Assembly (NCBI RefSeq): GCF_009914755.1
Contig: NC_060942.1
Reading direction: 5' to 3' (one strand)
Source: the human T2T-CHM13v2.0 reference genome, Homo sapiens
Length of the DNA stretch: 64,000 bases
Under the pieces are notes generated by a model. It did no database searches. It saw only the letters and a list, made by a program, of their open reading frames with translations, and was not told where the DNA came from. The translations under genes and the position numbers were made by a program. Positions 56,641 through 64,000 of the stretch are shown piece after piece (within the stretch, counting starts at the first letter, position 1; every line of letters begins with the position of its first letter).

Positions 56641-58381
56641 GGTGTGTATGTGCACACTCCTCTCTTCTGTTTTCATTTACTCCCCCTCTGTTTTCATTTA
56701 CCCTTCCTTCATGCTGGCATTGGAGTGGGCATCTATTTATAAATAGGAGGTCTTAAAACAAGGCTGTGGCAATACTAAGGGACAGCTGTACATCTGTAGA
56801 AAGAGATCCCACATGGCTACTTACACATGGTAGAAGGTCAGTGGCCAAGTTAATGAGCCCAAGGCTGTACTTCCATTTCAGCACAGCCTGTGTGGTACAT
56901 GGAGGGGACCCAGAAGTTCTTACGTGCCTCAGTAAGGAAGCACGGGGTCTCTAAAAGGGCTGGTAGGTGAGCAGAAATCTGGTGTCAAGATATAAAAGCC
57001 ACATACAGAGTGGCTTGGGGATTAGAGCAAACAGCTCTTCCTCCTTGGAGGAAGGATCTTGAGCAAGACCCATCAGGGATGTCTCTTTATGAAAAGGTAA
57101 GGCTCCATCTTCCTGGGAAGAGTGTGCCCTGTGAGCTGCTGATGATCAGGAATGATGTGAAGTCACTGCAGGCGACCCAGGTATGAGGCTATGCTGCAAT
57201 GTCATCTATTTTTGGGCTTTGCTGCCCTCTTCCCCTCATGCCTCATGCAGCATTGCTGATGCTGCAAAACAGAGGATACCATCCCTTGCTGGAAACCCAA
57301 CCTCAGCACTTCCATAGGCCTCGCCCCAGGTTGGGACCTCTCACTGGCTGGGTTACCCACTTTTCTGTTCAGAGACGGGATAACCAGAGGGCAACACATC
57401 TGATTATAAAAGTGCATATTGCAGGGTTTAGGCAAGTAAGAATACATTCTGACCAGGACCAGAGACCCCACTCTGGCTCTAACAAGCTGTGTGAATCATT
57501 GAGTTGCCTCACCTCTGGATGAGAGGTTTGGATCTGATAAGTCCTAGGATTCCATCAGTTTCATATTCCACACCCCTATCTTTGGTGACTAGGATAAGAG
57601 AAGATGAATCGAAACACCTCTCCTGCATCTATTTATATCTATACCCAAGCTGAGCGAGCAGCTTTGTTCTTCTTAAGTTGGAGATGCAAAGTGTTCCCAT
57701 CATAAACAAGAGCCCAGCTTAATCTGACGCGATGGTCCCTGCACGGGAGGCTCCAGGGCATGCCACATGGCTCTCCCTGAAGGGCCAGCACCACCAGGCC
57801 ACTCCATACCCCACCAGCCCTTGTCGCGGCACCTCAGTTTTTTGTCATTTCATAACAAACACTTTATATATACCCTGGTGAGAAAAGTCTGTTAGTTACT
57901 AAGTGGTGCAGCCAAATCTGCATTTAATTAAAAAATGAATATTTTGTCTCAAGCTATATCTATCTTATTAGAAGCACTGGGACATGTCACATTTTTATTT
58001 TGTTGTTTTTATTCCTACTTTAAAACATTTAAAAGCATTTCTACATAATCAAATATTTTATTCTGCATTGTTTAGCTCTGATTTCTGAAAGAGTGTTTAA
58101 AACAAGGGCTGAAGGGGCAGGAAGGGTGACGTAAGTACAGCCGTTCTCATCCACAGCATGGAGAGTCATGCAGTCCTGGGGGGCTGCCCTGCTGGTGGAC
58201 TGGCACATTCCATCCTGGAGCCTTCACCAAGTGTTTCCGGACATGAGCTAAGCACCTGCAAGAGCTACAGAGGTTCCACAGAGTGAGGAGCAAGGGTGAA
58301 AATACAAAGACCCCACCCTAGGGGATCTCCTGGATTAAAAGAGGAGCCGGCGTTCATTCCCTTACTCAGTGACTACCTTTT

Positions 58382-58856
<475 letters not shown>

Positions 58857-61352
58857 GCACGGAGTTAATCAGAGCAGAAAGGAAATGGACATCCAAGTCT
58901 TCCTAACTCCAGAGTCTATCATCTAGCTTCTCAAACTTGGTTAATTTCCCACGCAAGAAAAACTGGACATCCCATTGTCCAATGGAGTAGGTAATCTGTG
59001 TGTGAATAATTACCAATATAGTAAAAGAAATGAGCTCCATTTAAAGAAAATTTACATCAAGTGTGACTGGGATTACAGTTTCCAAATGATGTGACTAAAA
59101 AGATTGCCAAAATATGACCCAGTTAGATGACCAGAGCAGGCATGGTTTTTAGGTTCTGATATTTTCATATTTTTAAAGGACATTCCAGAAACACAAAGCA
59201 TGATAGAAAGATCTTGACAATTCAACAGTGCTAAGACATCAGTATTTAGTTTCAATTCTAACTGTAGGAAAAGCCCACCATGAGGGACTCTATGTCAAAT
59301 AAAGCAGACAAATCGCGTCCTCATGGATGAGAAAAGGAGAGCTTAATCTGGCAGCAGGGTACCAGGGTGAATTGCAGGTGATCATCTGTAGTTAGGAACA
59401 GCAGCTAAGAGGAAGCTGTCATCACCTGGTCATACAAAATTGGACTCTTTTCAGTTGAATGGGAACATTTAAGTTTTCATTCTCAAGAGGCTTTTCCCTG
59501 TTAACTTTTCAAGAACTTACACTGGGCCTTAGGGCTTGAATATTATGGTCTTGGCTCAAATTTACTGCACAAGTATTTCTGCAGAAGCTGAGATCCACGG
59601 TGTGCACTCTACCTTGGCTCAATGTCTGCAATGAGATTAAATGGCACTAGAAAAATAGAAACAAACTAAAGGGATTATCACTTGTTTAGAAAGACCTAAA
59701 ATTTTAATAAGTTCTAATAAAATGTGTATAGAGAACCAGCAAGTTCTAGTGTTGCCTACACTTGTGCCATTTTCACCTCTAGAGAGGCTGCCACTAACTA
59801 TTTCAGGCCCGGCGTGCTCATCTGAGCCCGGCTCAACACTGCCCCGAGGTTCCTTCCTGGGCTCACCCCACTGCATTCTGCTCACTCTGTAAAACAACAG
59901 TAGCAATCTAGATTTCATTTTTACTCATCCATGGGCAGCTGTGTGATTTTATTCTATTTCATACATTTGTAAACCACAGTCCCTTCAGACACAAATTGGA
60001 AGCTCACTGAAAAAATACATATAATTCTTATATATAAAATATATATATATATCTAAGAAAGCTAAGAGAGAATATACCTGTGTGTGTGTGTGTATGTACG
60101 CATTTTTCTTCCTTTGTTTCCAAGGTTTTTATTACAATAACAGCTACTAATTTGTTGAAAAAAGGGAAAATATTCATAAAGAAAAACAGATGAGAATAAT
60201 AGATTAAAAAACTCTCTACCTCATATTTTCTTTTGATCATTCTTTTTTCATATAATATCACTGGTAGACAACCTACTGTGATATCTTTTGTAAAAATCCA
60301 CTAAAGTAAATCAATAAAATAACATTCAAGTCAGATTCCACCTCTATAAAATATAGAGTAGATTCCATGATCTCTAAGATCATTTTCCCAAGCCCTCAAC
60401 TTTTAGTAGTCTTTGTAGTATTTGACCAATAAAGTTATCATAGATAAGTACCTAACACAATTGTTGAGTCACATAAATACAACAAAAATAAAACAAAAGA
60501 GTTCAAAAAAAAATCCGAAAGTTAAACTATCTTAAAATACTTCTAAAATATCTGGAAATTAATGTTGGCCAGCTGACTTTATTCATATATGATAAAATAC
60601 TGCGTGTGGTTGTATAGATCTACTTACAAACTCTATTTTGATCTGATTTTAAAAGATACTGGACATTATAGTGAGAAAAGTTTAGTTTGAATTATATGAG
60701 TAAATAAGATTAACCCATTGACTCAACTGGCACTCAGAATAAAAGATGATTGGATGTGATTGTTTGTACACATATCATAGATAAAAGACACAGTAAAAGG
60801 GTGGTACATGTGACTCCTCTGTAGAGCAAATGCCCTGAAGCCTCCATGCCACACAGGCATTTGACAACAACTGAGCGGTGTGATTTTCCCGTAAGAAAAG
60901 TGAAGATACAGAGGACAGCTATAGAAAGGTAAGATATTGTCTTCAGATTCTTAGGAGGCCAGTGTTCAAGGTGCTGTGAGTAAATGTGAGGTGTAAATGA
61001 AAGGTTTTGAGAGGAAAATGGTGGACGATAGGTGAGTAATGCATTGACTGTGAAGGGCTTTGTGTGCATGCAAAGGAGTCTCAGGTTGATAGGATACTCC
61101 ATGCCAAAGAAGAGTTTTAATAACGTGGAAAACGAGGTGAGTTTGGGGTTTTATATGGACTATTCCAGGAAAGAAGAGAGAAAAGACAATCATAACACCA
61201 CTGCAACGGTCAATGACAGGCCCTCAAATGTTGTTTTGTTAGAGTGCCTGGAGCAACCATTTGTTTCTACTTCCCAGTGGAAAAAGAATTCAGTGATAAA
61301 TAAAAAAATAAGTAACAGAATCGGTTTTGGAGTAGGGGTGTGTTTGTCTACG

Positions 61353-61376
61353 GGTGTGTGTGTGTGGGGGGGGGGT

Positions 61377-61423
<47 letters not shown>

Positions 61424-61426
61424 TGT
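61353..61426. repeat. (GT)n microsatellite interrupted by a G-run
   Basis: Seen directly. Confidence 0.95.
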
Positions 61427-61813
61427 ATTTTTGCTTTCACAATAGGGGCAGGGATGACATATATTGAACCACATCACAAGCATGTCTTAAAGTATAGGTA
61501 TTTCAAAATCAATAAAACATAAATATTTATGGTGCAGATAAAGATAATTAAAACCATAAGATTAACCAAACAACCTATAATAAGCTATATTAATCTTGAT
61601 TAATCTAAACAAACAAGTTTATAACAAAAAAGTCAAACAGCAAAAACTGAAAATCATAACCAACCAAAGACAGCCAATTACAAGTTGTCTTTCCCCCAAA
61701 TTCTAGGGACTGTAATTACCTGTCTGTGAATACACAAAATACACATCTTGTAATACTGCCAACAACACATGGAACTCAAACTTCTTAAGAAAAAGTGAAT
61801 TAGAGGGTGAAGC

Positions 61814-61823
61814 CAAGATGGCC
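61814..61823 (+). promoter_or_regulatory. YY1 site of the L1 5'UTR promoter
   Basis: caagatggcc at the canonical position just inside the L1 5' end. Confidence 0.75.
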
Positions 61824-61991
61824 AAATAGGAACAGCTCCAGTCTACAGCTCCCAGCATGAGTGACGCAGAAGACAGGAAATTTCTGCATTTCCAACTGAG
61901 GTACCGGGTTCATCACACTGGGGAACGCTGGACAGTGGGTGCAGGACAGTGGGTGCAGTGCACTGTGTGTGAGCTGAAGCAGGGCGAGGCA

Positions 61992-62255
61992 TCAACTCAC
62001 CCGGGAAGCACAAGGGGTCAGGGAATTCCCTTTCCTAGTCAAAGAAAAGGGTGACAGATGGCACCTGGAAAATCGGGTCACTCCCACACTAATACTGCAC
62101 TTTTCCAACAGGCTTAACAAACGGCACACCAGGAGATTATATCCTGCACCTGGCTTGGAAGGTCCTATGCCCACGGAGCCTCGCTCATTGCTAGCACAGC
62201 AGTCTGAGATCAAACTGCAAGGCAGCAGTGAGGCTGGGGTAGGGGCGCCCACCAT
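61992..62255 (-). CDS. L1 antisense ORF0 (open, 87 aa; translation unproven)
   Basis: ATG at 62255: MVGAPTPASLLPCSLISDCCASNERGSVGIGPSKPGAGYNLLVCRLLSLLEKCSISVGVTRFSRCHLSPF..., closely similar to recalled L1HS ORF0 MAGAPPPASLPPCSLISDCCASNQRDSVGVGPSEPG... Confidence 0.7.
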   Translation of the reverse strand: MVGAPTPASLLPCSLISDCCASNERGSVGIGPSKPGAGYNLLVCRLLSLLEKCSISVGVTRFSRCHLSPFSLTRKGNSLTPCASRVS

Positions 62256-62830
62256 TGCAGAGGCTTGAGTAGGTAAACAAAGAGGCCAGGAAGCTGGAAC
62301 TGGGTGGAGCCCACCACAGCTCAAGGAGGCCTGCCTGCCTCTGTAGGCTCCACCTCTGGGGGCAGGGCACAGACAAACAAAAGGCAGCAGTAACCTCTGC
62401 AGACTTAAACGTCCCTGTCTGACAGCTTTGAAGAGAGTAGTGGTTCTCCCAGCACGCAGCTTGAGATCTGAGAATGGGCAGACTGCATCCTCAAGTGGGT
62501 CCCTGACCCCCGAGTAGCCTAACTGGGAGGCACCCCCCGCTAGGGGCAGACTGACACCTCACACGGCTGGGTACTCCTCTAAGACAAAACTTCCAGAGGA
62601 ACGATCAGGCAGCAGCATTTGCAGTTCACCAATGTACGCTGTTCTGCAGCCACCGCTGCTGATACCCAGGCAAACAGGGTCTGGAGTGGACCTCCAACAA
62701 ACTCCAACAGACTTGCAGCTGAGGGTCCTGACCATTAGAAGGAAAACTAACAAAAAGAAAGGACATCCACACCAAAAACCCATCTGTACGTCACCATCAT
62801 CAAAGACCAAAGGTAGATGAAACCACAAAG

Positions 62831-63847
62831 ATGGGTAAAAAACAGAGCAGAAAAACCGGAAACCCTAAAAAATCAGAGTGCCTCTCCTCCTCCAAAGGAA
62901 CGCAGCTCCTCACCAGCAACGGAACAAAGCTGGACAGAGAATGACTTTGACAAGTTGAGAGAAGAAGGCTTCAGAAGATCAAACTACTCTGAGCTAAAGG
63001 AAGAAGTTTGAACCAATGGCAAAGAAGTTAAAAACCTTGAAAAAAGATTAGACGAATGGCTAACTAGAATAATCAACGTGGAGAAGTCCTTAAAGGACCT
63101 GATGGAGCTGAAAACCATGGCACAAGAACTACGTGACGAATGCACAAGCCTCAGTAGCTGATGCGATCAACTGGAAGAAAGGGTATCAGCAATGGAAGGC
63201 AAAATGAATGACATGAACTAAGAAGAGAAGTTTAGAGAAAAAAGAATAAAAAGAAATGAACAAAGCCTCCAAGAAATATGGGACTATGTGAAAAGACCAA
63301 ATCTACATCTGATTGGTGTACCTGAAAGTGACGGGGAGAATGGAACCAAGTTGGAAAACACTCTGCAGGATATTATCCAGGAGAACTTCCCCAATCTAGC
63401 AAGGCAGGCCAACATTCAAATTCAGGAAATACAGAGAATGCCACAAAGATACTCCTCGAGAAGAGCAATTCCAAGACACATAATTGTCAGATTCACCAAA
63501 GTTGAAATGAAGAAAAAAATGGTAAGGGCAGCCAGAGAGAAAGGTCGGGTTACCCACAAAGGGAAGCCCGTCAGACTAACAACTGATCTCTCGGCAGAAA
63601 TTCTACAAGCCAGAAGAGAGTGGGGGCCAATATTCAACATTCTTAAAAAAAGAATTTTCAACCCAAAATTTCATATCCAGCCAAACTAAGCTTCATAACT
63701 GAAGGAGAAATAAAATACTTTACAGACAAGCAAACACTGAGAGATTTTGTCACCACCAGGCCTGCCCTAAAAGAGCTCCTGAAGGAAGCACTAAACATGG
63801 AAAGGAACGACTGGTACCAACCACTGCAAAAACATGCCAAATTGTAA
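62831..63847 (+). pseudogene. L1 ORF1p remnant (frameshift and premature stops)
   Basis: An extra A near 62870 shifts MGKKQSRK out of frame with NQSASPPPKERSSS. There is a TGA at 63009-63011 and further stops. An RRM-region piece survives as ORF 63288-63689. Confidence 0.9.
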
Positions 63848-64000
63848 AGACCATCAAGGCTAGGAAGAAACTGCATCAACTAATGAGCAAAATAACCAGC
63901 TAACATCATAATGACAGGATCAAATTCACATATAACAATATTAACCTTAAATGTAAATCGGCTAAATGCTCCAATTAAAAGACACAGACTGGCAAATTGG

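Larger units (their letters stand above)
61803..64000 (+). mobile_element. 5' portion of an L1PA (L1PA4-like) LINE-1 with an intact 5' end: 5'UTR, disabled ORF1 and start of ORF2 (continues past the window)
   Basis: Starts gagggtgaagccaagatggccaaataggaacagctcc. ORF1 ATG at 62831, ORF2 ATG at 63911 (MTGSNSHITILTLNVN...). It retains the ~129-bp 5'UTR segment absent from L1HS/L1PA2. Confidence 0.96.

Noticed and set aside
61803-64000. Retrotransposition-competent L1
   Set aside because: ORF1 has a frameshift near 62870 and several premature stops.

Overview
Primate (very likely human) genomic DNA from inside the L3MBTL4 gene, which runs on the minus strand. The gene is recognised from one 103-nt coding exon (36300-36402) that the ORF track misses; it encodes most of the CCHHC/C2HC zinc finger (TNDLKILPGQAVCPTPGCRGIGHIRGPRYSGHH). 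The rest appears to be the two flanking introns, filled with Alus, L1/L2/MIR relics, MER DNA transposons, THE1 LTRs, a MER50 LTR carrying nested THE1A and MER51 insertions, and the 5' 2.2 kb of an L1PA4-like LINE-1. The main lead is that L1's open antisense ORF0, which points in the L3MBTL4 sense direction and whose first donor site is in phase with the zinc-finger exon. This predicts an MBT-less ORF0-L3MBTL4 fusion, but the donor is weak and nothing in the sequence shows it is used. Other leads are a perfect 25-bp hairpin at an L2 tail, an in-frame alternative 3' splice site, a 58-bp duplicate 2140 bp away, an inverted Alu pair 27 nt apart and a FOXA/NKX2 motif cluster. Gene and repeat-subfamily names come from my recall of reference and consensus sequences, not from a database search.
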